Source: an uncultured Veillonella sp. (GTDB lineage: Bacteria; Bacillota; Negativicutes; Veillonellales; Veillonellaceae). From it: DNA of 43,764 nt. A program made the position numbers and the translations under genes. The notes beneath the pieces are model-generated. The model was given only the letters and a program-made list of their open reading frames with translations. It did no database searches and was not told the origin of the DNA. Positions 7,539 through 17,103 of the stretch are shown piece after piece. Where the stretch lies: NCBI GenBank assembly GCA_937930265.1, contig CALGLI010000230.1:1-43764 (forward strand). Direction: 5' to 3'. Position 1 is the stretch's first letter. The number at the start of each line of letters is the position of its first letter.

Positions 7539-7739
7539 TTATCGCCTCCACGGTGGTAAATTAATAGTCGCCCTTATATCTACATCAGGGCATTTCAAAA
7601 TAAGGTTAGCGGGCAATATCACATATTGAGCGTACTCTTGATTGGCTTCTAGCAGCACGTTCATATAAGCTTCATTGCCATACACTTTAAATGCGATACC
7701 GTCCCACATATCGCCTTGGATGGTTCTATACTGTTTCAT
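7539..7739 (-). CDS. Tail protein X (LysM-like, P2 gpX)
   Basis: YRTIQGDMWDGIAFKVYG...LPPW. Confidence 0.9.
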   Translation of the reverse strand: MKQYRTIQGDMWDGIAFKVYGNEAYMNVLLEANQEYAQYVILPANLILKCPDVDIRATINLPPWRR

Positions 7740-8094
7740 AGCTACCTGCGCTTTCTAGCCATTCATCTTTGATTGCAATTGATACCTTAGGCAACAAATG
7801 CCCTTCTTCCGCATCAGTTGCTTCTGTACTTTCAAAGTCAACGGACACAACTCTACATCGTGGCTCATATTCAGTAATGGCCCGAATCACCTCTGCAGAT
7901 ATTCTGGCCATTGCTACCGGTAAAGGTAAATCAATGACAGTACCATCTATACCGAACCGCCTATCAAGTGGTACGGAAAATTGTGTTGTAGAAATAATAG
8001 TTCGCACATTTTGAATGATTTCTGTAAGAACATCCTTCGGCGCAAAATCAATGCCATCAAGACGAGCGCTCACATCAATTTGCATTTGTATCAC
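7726..8094 (-). CDS. Baseplate wedge GPW/gp25 family
   Basis: IIQNVRTIISTTQFSVPLDRRFG, AITEYEPR. Confidence 0.88.
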   Translation of the reverse strand: MIQMQIDVSARLDGIDFAPKDVLTEIIQNVRTIISTTQFSVPLDRRFGIDGTVIDLPLPVAMARISAEVIRAITEYEPRCRVVSVDFESTEATDAEEGHLLPKVSIAIKDEWLESAGSYETV

Positions 8095-8692
8095 CTCCCT
8101 GTTTAGGTGTGATTACAACTTTAGGAGTATCAGGCGCCTCCTTCAGCGTTACATTAATGGATGCGGACAATACATTACCTCGATTATCAATCGTATTCAT
8201 CGCTGCGCTTATACTGGTAATCAGTAATTTGTGCTCACTAAATGGCTTACCATTAATAATCAACTGTTCGGCTTGTCCTTCTCGACACATCTTGGCCACT
8301 TCTTCAATTTCTTTTAGAGGGTCAACGCCCAATAGCTTATTAAAGTTCATCGTAAAAGAAATATCATCCGCATCAGGTCCTAGGAATTCAAGTATCGGCT
8401 TTTGCCCTATGATTTCATGGGACGCTGTTCGGGCGTTGATATTCCGTGCCAATGCATCGAACGTACGCACTGTATGAGAAGATGCCACAAACACAATTTT
8501 TCCAAAGCTTCCTAATTGGCGTTGTGGTAAGAACCCGCCCAGGCCAAACTTATCCGCTAAATTAGATAAGCGAGAGTAAGCCACATCGCCTAATTGCGTA
8601 TTTTGTAAATTCTTTAAACCTTGTGAATTAAGGTTCTTCTTATAGTTGGCAGCAGTGCTGCCTAATTTACTAAATATTGATATGTTGCTCAC
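8075..8692 (-). CDS. Phage P2 GpU-like tail protein
   Basis: GSFGKIVF, HEIIGQKPILEFLGPD motifs. Confidence 0.85.
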   Translation of the reverse strand: MSNISIFSKLGSTAANYKKNLNSQGLKNLQNTQLGDVAYSRLSNLADKFGLGGFLPQRQLGSFGKIVFVASSHTVRTFDALARNINARTASHEIIGQKPILEFLGPDADDISFTMNFNKLLGVDPLKEIEEVAKMCREGQAEQLIINGKPFSEHKLLITSISAAMNTIDNRGNVLSASINVTLKEAPDTPKVVITPKQGGDTNAN

Positions 8693-8695
8693 CTC

Positions 8696-9181
8696 CTATC
8701 GATTCGGCGTTCCTGTGCTTCCGCCTCCAGGAACGACACCACCATGCGTGTGAGACACTAAACTAATTCCGTTGACTACTACATCCCCAGAAGGGGCGTT
8801 TATAGTTAAATTACCGGTGCAATTTATAACAAGACCTCCTCCATCCGCATCATATGAGACTGTTGATCCGTCTGCAAATGTAATGCCGTGAATATTTTGT
8901 CCATTAAAAGAGGGCTTATCTTTGGCATTGTAAGTAGTGCCTAAGATGTAGCCCTGGGACAAATTATTATTTTGAGGTAAAAATAAACACAATACCTGTT
9001 CGCCAACATCGGGCATCCAGTAGTGTTTATTACTTTGTGATCCGTGTGAAAGTACTTCGAGTGGATATGAGACTAAATCATCGCGGTCCGGAAATGTTAC
9101 TCTTGCTGTCATGGTAGAGGGGTCCGTACTAGATACGATTCCGTCACGAATTAAATTTTTTAACGCCACACTAATATCCAT
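8696..9181 (-). CDS. Baseplate assembly protein V (spike)
   Basis: ARVTFPD, WMPDVGEQVLCLF, C-terminal HTHGGV metal-binding tip. Confidence 0.92.
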   Translation of the reverse strand: MDISVALKNLIRDGIVSSTDPSTMTARVTFPDRDDLVSYPLEVLSHGSQSNKHYWMPDVGEQVLCLFLPQNNNLSQGYILGTTYNAKDKPSFNGQNIHGITFADGSTVSYDADGGGLVINCTGNLTINAPSGDVVVNGISLVSHTHGGVVPGGGSTGTPNR

Positions 9182-10241
9182 CTAAGCACCTCCTTATATC
9201 TAGGCTTTGTGTATATCCGCCCCCTACCTTATGGGAGCATTTGCTAATAATATACTTACCGTCAAATTTACCAAACCCTTTTAAATTGATTGTGGCTGAT
9301 GCTGCCAGCACGATATGGCCAAGCATAGCAACGGAACCAGTAATTTCATTCTTGTTCTTTTCGCGTAGCTTTTTCTTAGCCAAACGTTCCGCTTCCGCCT
9401 GTGTTTCACAGCTCTGGTTAACTTGTAGTATCTTGCCTTGCGTTTTGTGAGGGTCCTTAAACGTATACTCAATAGTACTCTTTTGCTTAGTGCTCTTGTG
9501 CTTCACGTGACAGCCCCAATAGATATCCTTCAACGAGGACTTTAGTGAGTAACTGCCTTGGTAAGGAATGATTTCCCCTAGCTCCTTAATTTGTTCTTCT
9601 GTAAGGTCTGTAGGCATTGGCCCCTTAATTAGCGTTGCGACTACTTTTTCTGTTTCAAATTTTGTTTCATCAAAAATAATCACTTGCTTGTCTGAAACCT
9701 TTAACGCTAGCCCATTATCTTTACAGACTTTCATCAAGAATTCTAAATCAGATTGGTCCGATTGCTCGACCCGATCTAAATTAATCGTCTCAGGTGTATC
9801 GTAAAACAATTCAAGGCCTGCACCTTTCGCTAGTTCCTCCGCAACAGATTTGAGCGTAGTCTTCTCCCATGACTTACTCTTTAATTCCCCTCTTAATTTG
9901 GATTCATCTGGAACACTAACAGCCCCTATGGTGACCTCGTGAGGTGGGTTTTTACAAGTAATTTCATCAATTTCAAACTGCCCGCATTTCATCTCTATCT
10001 CGTCTCCTGGTTCGTTCCAATTGTGAAACACGATTGATGCGGTTAGCTTAGCCCCCTTTTCAGGGAACCAATCGGACATCCAAAGCTCTTCTATATCATG
10101 TAAAGTGATTGATATATCGTCAGCTTCTCCGGACATGACATCGTTAAAGCTGAAATCCTTTAAATAAGGAACCAGGTCTTGTGTGATGTCCTTTTGGTCA
10201 TACTGCAGTTTGACAGTAACATAGCGCAAATTACTAGGCAT
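9171..10241 (-). CDS. Late control D / baseplate hub protein
   Basis: SGEADDISITL, GQFEIDEI, EQSDQSDLEFL, GFGKFDGKY. Confidence 0.9.
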   Translation of the reverse strand: MPSNLRYVTVKLQYDQKDITQDLVPYLKDFSFNDVMSGEADDISITLHDIEELWMSDWFPEKGAKLTASIVFHNWNEPGDEIEMKCGQFEIDEITCKNPPHEVTIGAVSVPDESKLRGELKSKSWEKTTLKSVAEELAKGAGLELFYDTPETINLDRVEQSDQSDLEFLMKVCKDNGLALKVSDKQVIIFDETKFETEKVVATLIKGPMPTDLTEEQIKELGEIIPYQGSYSLKSSLKDIYWGCHVKHKSTKQKSTIEYTFKDPHKTQGKILQVNQSCETQAEAERLAKKKLREKNKNEITGSVAMLGHIVLAASATINLKGFGKFDGKYIISKCSHKVGGGYTQSLDIRRCLDGY

Positions 10242-12582
10242 AGCTTACACGCCCTTTCCGATTTTGGATTTCAGCAAGTCTTGCTTCTAGGTCATCCATC
10301 GCTCCGCCTACAGCACTTTTAATTTGTTGTACAGCACTTGCATCCGCATTACCATTAATAGTGATGTTGATTGGTGCGGATACGGATACTGCAGAGTTGC
10401 CTTCACCTGGGAAAAGCCCCATCATAGCACCAGTTTGACGCCATAATGCTTCGGCCCTTGGTGTACCATTGATAGGAATCGCAGCTTCATCGGATTCTTC
10501 GGCAAACGTAGTAAGGAACGCGCCTTTCCCATAAATACCGCCTTTTGCGTTATGTTGCACCGTTTGCCCATTAGCTGTTGCCGTGCCTTCTACTCTTGCT
10601 TGAATTGGTTTACTAAAAATGGATCTAACCCATTCCCATTTTTCACTAATCCAATCAAATAAACCTCCGAGTTTACTCATAACCCAGTCATAGAATTGGC
10701 CAAGCGCTGCTTTAGGGTCTTCCCATAATAGAGTGAACCAGGCTTTTACTTGGTCCCAGTTAGCAATTAACCCCATCGCCGCATAAATTAACCATCCTAT
10801 AGGACCGGCCATGAACGCGATAATGGCAGCTGTAGGGGATTCCCACATCGATGTGCAGAAGTCGGACACAATTTCAAAATGAGTAACTAACCATGCCAAC
10901 ACGCCAATTAATGCGGCGATAGCTAATATCACCAATCCTATCGGATTGGCACTCATTGCCGCATTCAACGCCCATTGTGCCGCAGCGGTTGCATACATGG
11001 CAATACTACTTGCTATCATACCTGCTCTATGGATGCCCGATGCGATTACGTTGCGCATAGTTGCTACACGTTCTGATTCCATCATAAGCTTATATGCAGC
11101 TTGTGCCGCCATTACGCTGTAATATATAGCTCGTGCTGCTTTATAAGCGATTACCATGCCCGCTACTGCTACGCTTGTTTTAATAATGCCTTCAGTGAGC
11201 TCCAGATGTTCGCTGGCTACTTTTGACACATACGCGGCTTCGTTAGCTAAGGAATCGCCCAATTCTGCAAGAGTAGGTAACATCGTACCGCCTATAGAAA
11301 TTGCTACTGACTCGGTTGCAGATTGCAATCGCGTCATAGCTCCTCTTGCATTATTTTGCATCGTTTCCGCCATAGTGGCAGCCGCGCCGTCACTATTTTC
11401 AAGCTCTTTTGTTAACTTATCTAACGCGTCCGGGCCTTGGTCAATAACAGATACCCAAGCTGATGCAGCATTGGTGCCGAAGATAGTCGCAAGTGTAGCA
11501 AGTTTTTGTTCCTTACTCATATCTTTAGTCTTATCCGCTAAGTCGCGAACAATTGCGCTCATCTTGCGTGGTCCATTGGTATCATTCATAGCAATACCCA
11601 GACTGTCTAATGCGGCTCTTGCTTCTTCTTGTTGTGCCGTGGCTTCACTTAATGAAAGCCCCATTTCCTCAATCGCTTTAGTCGATTTTGAGGAAGTTCC
11701 TGCCAAACGTAAGAAACCAGAACGTAATGCCGTACCGGCCGCAGATGCTTTGATACCACTATTGGCCATAAGACCAGTAAGTGCAGCCGTTTCTTCTAAA
11801 CTTGCGCCAAAGGCGTGCGCAACTGGTGCGGCGTACTTCATTGTTTCACCCAACATTTCAACGGTTGTATTCGTGCTAGTTGTAGTTTTAGCAAATACGT
11901 CCGCCATATGGCCTGCGTGTTCTGCACTTAATCCAAAGGCAGTAAGGTCATCAGATACGATATCAGCAGTACGCGCTAAATCCGTATTACTGGCTGCAGC
12001 TAAGTTCAAAAGCCCCGGCATCCCCGCCATGATTTGTTGAGAATTCCAACCGGCCATGCCTAGATATGTCATGGCTTCGCCCGCTTGCGTTGCGGAGAAC
12101 ATTGTTTTCTCGCCAAGCTCACGAGCAGTGGCCGTCAATTGTTGCATTGCCTTATCATCAGATACGGTGATTGCCTTTACCTTAGACATCACCGCTTCAA
12201 AGTCAGCTGCTTTAGATAGCATCCCAACCAGCGGGGCGGCCATTACTGCGGTAGTGGCCATAGTGCTACCTAAATCACTACGAGCACTTTTAGCATTAGC
12301 ATCTGCGGCAATTTTATTTTGCATCGCTTTTCTAAGTTTAGCGTCTTTAGCTGCCGTTTGGTCTAATGCCTTGCCTACCTTCTCTGTTGCATTGCGGTAA
12401 GAGTCCATGGAAATAACGCCTTGCTTTAATGCAGAATCTAACGCCCTTTGTTGCGCTTTCAACTCGGTCATTTGTGAACCGTACTGCGTCAACGTGCCTT
12501 TGGCTTGCTGCATCGAGGTTTTAAACCCTTGTGCTAAGGCGCCGTTTATAGCAAAAGCGATCTCAAATACTTTACCCGCCAT
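10234..12582 (-). CDS. Tail tape measure protein (TP901 family)
   Basis: Ala-rich; FSATQAGEAMTYLGMAG, ETMKYAAP, ANPIGL motifs. Confidence 0.95.
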   Translation of the reverse strand: MAGKVFEIAFAINGALAQGFKTSMQQAKGTLTQYGSQMTELKAQQRALDSALKQGVISMDSYRNATEKVGKALDQTAAKDAKLRKAMQNKIAADANAKSARSDLGSTMATTAVMAAPLVGMLSKAADFEAVMSKVKAITVSDDKAMQQLTATARELGEKTMFSATQAGEAMTYLGMAGWNSQQIMAGMPGLLNLAAASNTDLARTADIVSDDLTAFGLSAEHAGHMADVFAKTTTSTNTTVEMLGETMKYAAPVAHAFGASLEETAALTGLMANSGIKASAAGTALRSGFLRLAGTSSKSTKAIEEMGLSLSEATAQQEEARAALDSLGIAMNDTNGPRKMSAIVRDLADKTKDMSKEQKLATLATIFGTNAASAWVSVIDQGPDALDKLTKELENSDGAAATMAETMQNNARGAMTRLQSATESVAISIGGTMLPTLAELGDSLANEAAYVSKVASEHLELTEGIIKTSVAVAGMVIAYKAARAIYYSVMAAQAAYKLMMESERVATMRNVIASGIHRAGMIASSIAMYATAAAQWALNAAMSANPIGLVILAIAALIGVLAWLVTHFEIVSDFCTSMWESPTAAIIAFMAGPIGWLIYAAMGLIANWDQVKAWFTLLWEDPKAALGQFYDWVMSKLGGLFDWISEKWEWVRSIFSKPIQARVEGTATANGQTVQHNAKGGIYGKGAFLTTFAEESDEAAIPINGTPRAEALWRQTGAMMGLFPGEGNSAVSVSAPINITINGNADASAVQQIKSAVGGAMDDLEARLAEIQNRKGRVSYA

Positions 12583-12630
12583 GATTCCTCCTTTCCTTTA
12601 AATTTATGTACGCAAAAAGCGCTTGATGGA

Positions 12631-12825
12631 TTAGTCCTCCTCTTCCCTCAAGCGCTTTTCATCTTCAAGAACAAACTCTAAATCATCTATCCAATCTGCT
12701 ATTTCAGCAATTGGGGTAGACATCCAAAAGTTTATGCCTCCACATTCTCTAAGGCGGATGGCAATTCTTCGGCATTGTTGTCCGGGAGAAGTCCCATTTT
12801 CTCTACCGAACCACGCAATAAAAAA
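12631..12825 (-). other. -1 programmed frameshift site (12819-12825) and extension frame (FIAWFGRE...FWMSTPIAEIADWIDDL...EEED)
   Basis: X XXY YYZ heptamer in the correct phase; the -1 frame is open to TAA at 12631. Confidence 0.8.
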
Positions 12826-13055
12826 ACGCTTACCTCAGCACACATCTCAGTGAATTCAGAGATTGGCATTGTCATTAATACTTTTGAGCTTTCTTTTAAT
12901 GCTATGGCGGCAACTTCTGCCTGAAAGCGTTTAGAAAATGTAACATCTGGAGTCATATCGCCATCACGGCGGACGCGAAGTTCCGCCTTTGTGAAGTCAA
13001 ACCCAGTTAAATTTTTTAAGCCGTCAATTAGTTTTTCATGATCATATGTAGCCAT
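12732..13055 (-). CDS. Tail assembly chaperone (gpE/gpG-like)
   Basis: Between tube and tape measure; contains slippery T TTT TTA. Confidence 0.85.
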   Translation of the reverse strand: MATYDHEKLIDGLKNLTGFDFTKAELRVRRDGDMTPDVTFSKRFQAEVAAIALKESSKVLMTMPISEFTEMCAEVSVFLLRGSVEKMGLLPDNNAEELPSALENVEA

Positions 13056-13573
13056 TATTTACCCAATGCCTCCCTTACAGATGCCAAGTAATCAACGCCG
13101 TTGATTACACAAACATAGTTGAATTTATCAATTTCAGTACGAGTTTTACCCCCTACAGTCATTTTGAAATATACAATTTCAAACTCTGTAGAAGTATCAG
13201 TTTTACTTGCCTGTTCAAATTTGCCAAGGCCGATTTTCTTAGGCATAACTTTGGCATATACGCTAACTGCTTCCGGCACTAATTCACCTTTTGCAGAATC
13301 ATATAATTGTTGTGCGCCCCGAATTTCGATATCATGAACCTTTTGACTAGCAAGGTCGGTCACATCTTTATCAATGGTGTTCCACTTAATGGACATATTC
13401 ATTGCTTTTGTTTGTCCGAGTACACCCAAATCAACTTCGCCGGCAATGCCCGCGCCCTTGATGGTATCGCTGATAAATTCGATATCAGGTAAGGTTACAT
13501 CGGCGTAACCATATAATTCTCTGCCCGAGCTAAAAATGGCAAAGTCAATCAACTTATCTCTATGTTTAGCCAT
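13055..13573 (-). CDS. Major tail tube protein (P2 FII-like)
   Basis: VTLPDI, GAGIAGEV, EIDKFNYVCVINGVDYL. Confidence 0.92.
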   Translation of the reverse strand: MAKHRDKLIDFAIFSSGRELYGYADVTLPDIEFISDTIKGAGIAGEVDLGVLGQTKAMNMSIKWNTIDKDVTDLASQKVHDIEIRGAQQLYDSAKGELVPEAVSVYAKVMPKKIGLGKFEQASKTDTSTEFEIVYFKMTVGGKTRTEIDKFNYVCVINGVDYLASVREALGK

Positions 13574-13587
13574 GAGTTACCTCCCTC

Positions 13588-15033
13588 TTAATTAAATAAT
13601 GTGCTCATGTAAGACGAATCATATTCTTGGATGAAATCAACTTCACGAGCTGGTGTTGGCACACCTAAATATACATGGAATCGATAAATTCCGTTCAACA
13701 AATCTGTTATTGGGTTTTCAGATTCCAAAAATTCAACACGGGCGCCAAGAAGTGCGCCGGATGCTACGTGACCATTTAGCCAAGCGTTGGCACTATTTAC
13801 GACGTTATTAATCAAACGCTTGTTACCTGGGTCGTCAATTTTAGACCAGAAGGAAGTAATGAGCGTATTGGATACCCAGTTAAACATACGGCGTACAGGG
13901 ATAAAGGAATCCTTAACGTCTGTATTAGATGGGTACGCAGTGGTACGATTGCCCCAAGCTCTCCAGCCTCCAATGAAATTAAGCGCAGTAACGACACCTT
14001 GGCCGTTCAAATACGCCGCTTCATCTGGGCCTAAATAGATTTCAGTACCGTCTTTTAATACGGCGCTATCTGCTTGCAAAGACTCATTAGATGGAGACTT
14101 GTAAGGGATATCGTCATATTTGGCGTCTGTCTTAGCCATAAGACCTGCGAGCTGTGTGGATAAATGGAATTGACGATTAGCCAACGCTACTTTTGGCCAA
14201 CATAAGATTTGACGTTCATCGACGTAATTCTTCTTATTTTTCCATTCACTAACTGCAGTTGCTTTTTTGATTTCATCCGTAGGGGCATCACATAAGGACA
14301 TAGCCTGGAACATACCATTGATAGTAGTTTCCTTTGTTTTCATAACTGCTGCTACAAGCGTGTTATGAGACCAGCCTGGCGCCAATAAGTTACCAGGGAT
14401 TAAGCCAAAGCGAGGGAATACTTCATTAATAAGTTCCAAACCTTTACGCTTACCTTCTGTATCCACACCGCCTACGATGTCATCTGCCGTTACCATAGAT
14501 GGGTCCACGTAATCATAAGATACCCAAACAGATGTCGCGCTATTAAGTGCCCCTGTAGATACAATCCCAATAAGCAATTTGCCTTCATCGTTAAATGTCG
14601 CAGTGTAATCAACATTGATAGTTGATGCTGCTCCGCCATTGGTAGCAGATACCTTTAACGTATTGAGTAATACCGGGTCTTCAATTGTTACGACTTTATC
14701 CTGAATTTGTTTTTGCGCGGATGCCAAAGTCTTCTTATGTTTCTTCGGATCAAGAACATTGATAAAAACTACTGGCGCCATCCCGAATAAAGAAAATTGG
14801 GAATACATCGCTTCACACAATGTGTATTTGTCCCATTCTTTGGAGTACCCAAATTGAGTAGTGGCAGATGCGTAATTGTAGCACAATACGGCTTTATTAG
14901 CTTCCGCTGGGTCCGTGGCCAAATGCACAGGTGCGGTGCCGACATAAACCGGTAAGGCTGCCGTAGCTTCTGTCATAGAAATAAGAGAAGTAGGTACCTC
15001 TCTTGTATAAATTCCGTGTCTATAGTTTCCCAC
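13588..15033 (-). CDS. Tail sheath protein
   Basis: YRHGIY, VGTAPV, SPSN, GWRAWGNRT, FIPVRRM. Confidence 0.95.
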   Translation of the reverse strand: MGNYRHGIYTREVPTSLISMTEATAALPVYVGTAPVHLATDPAEANKAVLCYNYASATTQFGYSKEWDKYTLCEAMYSQFSLFGMAPVVFINVLDPKKHKKTLASAQKQIQDKVVTIEDPVLLNTLKVSATNGGAASTINVDYTATFNDEGKLLIGIVSTGALNSATSVWVSYDYVDPSMVTADDIVGGVDTEGKRKGLELINEVFPRFGLIPGNLLAPGWSHNTLVAAVMKTKETTINGMFQAMSLCDAPTDEIKKATAVSEWKNKKNYVDERQILCWPKVALANRQFHLSTQLAGLMAKTDAKYDDIPYKSPSNESLQADSAVLKDGTEIYLGPDEAAYLNGQGVVTALNFIGGWRAWGNRTTAYPSNTDVKDSFIPVRRMFNWVSNTLITSFWSKIDDPGNKRLINNVVNSANAWLNGHVASGALLGARVEFLESENPITDLLNGIYRFHVYLGVPTPAREVDFIQEYDSSYMSTLFN

Positions 15034-15335
15034 TATCTACGACCTCCTTTTTTAAATTCAAGGTAAGCGGTATTCATCGCTGTACCTTCGGTTGCTAATT
15101 CTTGTTGTGCTTCTGCAATCTTATTAATTGGCACAAACAATAAGCGTAGCATTGCTTTATCTTCACCTACAGTAGCAGGAATGCCGTCAATATAAACGGT
15201 ACCTGTGGAAAGACCTAATTCAGCACTATTAGGGCCTAAGTAGATTACTTGTTTAGCATCTTTAGTTTTAACTGTTGTTTCCACAGTTTCTGTTGTTTCA
15301 TTTACACCTTCAACTGGTGCATCAGCTTTTGCCAT
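15033..15335 (-). CDS. Hypothetical phage protein
   Basis: Coupled ORF in the neck/tail cluster (YLGPN motif). Confidence 0.7.
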   Translation of the reverse strand: MAKADAPVEGVNETTETVETTVKTKDAKQVIYLGPNSAELGLSTGTVYIDGIPATVGEDKAMLRLLFVPINKIAEAQQELATEGTAMNTAYLEFKKGGRR

Positions 15336-15799
15336 TAAATAATCATCTCCTCTCGTATTTGTTCGATATCGTATTTAACCGTCATAAACCCCTCCCAATA
15401 CGGATACGCTTGATCCGGGGAGATGTCGGTATCAATTCCGTGTTTATCATCCAGCACTAAACGGTATCGCTTAGCAATAACAGGATGGGCCAGTAATGCT
15501 TGCCGTGTGGTCTCTAAGAAATTGGTAATCTCCATCCAGCCCTTTTCCACGTCCTCGGAGTACACGCCATGGATTAGAAACAATTGGACAGTTGACCCCT
15601 GCAAGGTATCTTCAATCTTATTAATGCGAATAACAAGGTGCGGATATTGGTCCTCCTTGGATGATTCTTTCATTTTTAAAAATCCAGGTACAACTAATAA
15701 AGGGTTCCCCTTTACTTGCGCATCATCGCTAAAATAGTTAGCATGCACTTGTTTTAGGAACGCCCCCAAATCGGTTGCTAATTGCGTAGGTGTCATCAC
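15335..15799 (-). CDS. Probable tail completion/terminator protein
   Basis: Position upstream of the sheath; YPHLVIR and YPYWEG motifs. Confidence 0.6.
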   Translation of the reverse strand: MMTPTQLATDLGAFLKQVHANYFSDDAQVKGNPLLVVPGFLKMKESSKEDQYPHLVIRINKIEDTLQGSTVQLFLIHGVYSEDVEKGWMEITNFLETTRQALLAHPVIAKRYRLVLDDKHGIDTDISPDQAYPYWEGFMTVKYDIEQIREEMII

Positions 15800-16354
15800 T
15801 TACCCTCCTATTAATGCGTCGAGCGCGAGTTCCATTTGCTTTTGCAATTCCTGCTCTGCTTTATTCCCAACAAAAGCGGATATCTTGGCATCGCCCAGTA
15901 TGCTTGGTACTGATGGGCCGTGAAATTGCCCTATCGGATACCTGTCTGCACCCTTACGATACATCGCCCCGATATGTCCACTTCTCATACGAGCAATAAA
16001 AGCATTAGGGATTGGCCCCCCGCCGCCGTTCCGCATTACTTGTGCTTTGACTATACGCCCTCTCCGTTTAGGCGGACTTTTTGGCGTAACTCTGAATTTA
16101 GTAAGGGCTATTGGTCTACCTTTTGAACGAATAAAGGCAGATAAAGTCATTCCCGCCTTATCCACCTTTATAGTTTTATTAATATTCGCTTTAGTAATTA
16201 GGTAGTCCTCGTTAACACGATCAACTGTAGCCTTTTTGATTTTAGGTAACGCTTTATTGATAGCTTTTGCGGTAGTCTTCGGAGTACCAACAGCTAATGC
16301 GTCTATCTTAGCCAACCCGTTTTTCAGCCCTTTTATGTCAATAGTTACACTCAC
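15800..16354 (-). CDS. Minor tail protein Z-like
   Basis: Basic protein; AFIARMRSGHIG...RYPI...GPSVP. Confidence 0.8.
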   Translation of the reverse strand: MSVTIDIKGLKNGLAKIDALAVGTPKTTAKAINKALPKIKKATVDRVNEDYLITKANINKTIKVDKAGMTLSAFIRSKGRPIALTKFRVTPKSPPKRRGRIVKAQVMRNGGGGPIPNAFIARMRSGHIGAMYRKGADRYPIGQFHGPSVPSILGDAKISAFVGNKAEQELQKQMELALDALIGG

Positions 16355-16674
16355 GAATTATTCCCCCTAAGGACAATGCTTAGCATACCCATGTCATCTT
16401 CACATGATTGAACCAACATAATGCGGCCGTTGAATCGAAAGATTTGATTGTACTCAGGCACTTCAGGTAAATCCCGCTTGGCCACGTGTACTATAATCGT
16501 ATCGTAAATCAACCCGTCAATATCTTGGCCCATGATTTCGACATGCTGCTTATCGGTAAGACCTTCTGCCACAGCATAGCACTGCGTACCATTTAGGTTA
16601 TGTACTTCGGCGAATTCATTGGAATTGATAAACACCTTTTCAATGTCATTTTGCGCAAAGGCCTTAAATCCCAT
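16351..16674 (-). CDS. Head-tail joining protein (gpFII-like)
   Basis: DIEKVFINSNEFAEVH motif; position after the capsid gene. Confidence 0.7.
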   Translation of the reverse strand: MGFKAFAQNDIEKVFINSNEFAEVHNLNGTQCYAVAEGLTDKQHVEIMGQDIDGLIYDTIIVHVAKRDLPEVPEYNQIFRFNGRIMLVQSCEDDMGMLSIVLRGNNS

Positions 16675-16676
16675 GA

Positions 16677-17084
16677 TTATTCACCTAAGATGTCGATGAG
16701 TTCTTCACGAGTAGCGTTTTCCGGAACATCCAATTGTTCAGCAGAGGCCATTACGCGAAGTGCTTCATCGGATAAGAGTTCCAAGTTAACGTCCGCATCA
16801 GAAGCAAGGATATCGGAAATCATGTCCGCCTTTGTGGCTTTGCTTGCAAGATCAAGCCCAATAGATTTACCATAGCCAGCGATATCCGCATTCGTCATAA
16901 CGCCAAGAGCTACGGCTAACGAGTCATCTGCATTGTTCTTATCATCATCATCATCACCAACTACAACAGCTGCGCCTAAACGAATTAGGCGCTGTTCTTC
17001 TTCTACAGTTAAATCGGAGATGATATCACCTGGATTATACACATAATCACCGGTATTAATCGCGTGCTTTGCTTGTACAGGCAT
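16677..17084 (-). CDS. Hypothetical head-associated protein with small helical repeats
   Basis: Follows the capsid gene; two HeH/Rho-N-like repeats (ATKADMI, ATREELI). Confidence 0.6.
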   Translation of the reverse strand: MPVQAKHAINTGDYVYNPGDIISDLTVEEEQRLIRLGAAVVVGDDDDDKNNADDSLAVALGVMTNADIAGYGKSIGLDLASKATKADMISDILASDADVNLELLSDEALRVMASAEQLDVPENATREELIDILGE

Positions 17085-17103
17085 CAGTCTTACCTCCTTT
17101 CAA

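Noticed and set aside
11156..12400. Long + strand ORFs (294 aa, 114 aa) opposite the tape measure gene
   Set aside because: Shadow frames of an Ala-rich gene; no SD or recognisable domain. The same applies to most short antisense ORFs in the track.
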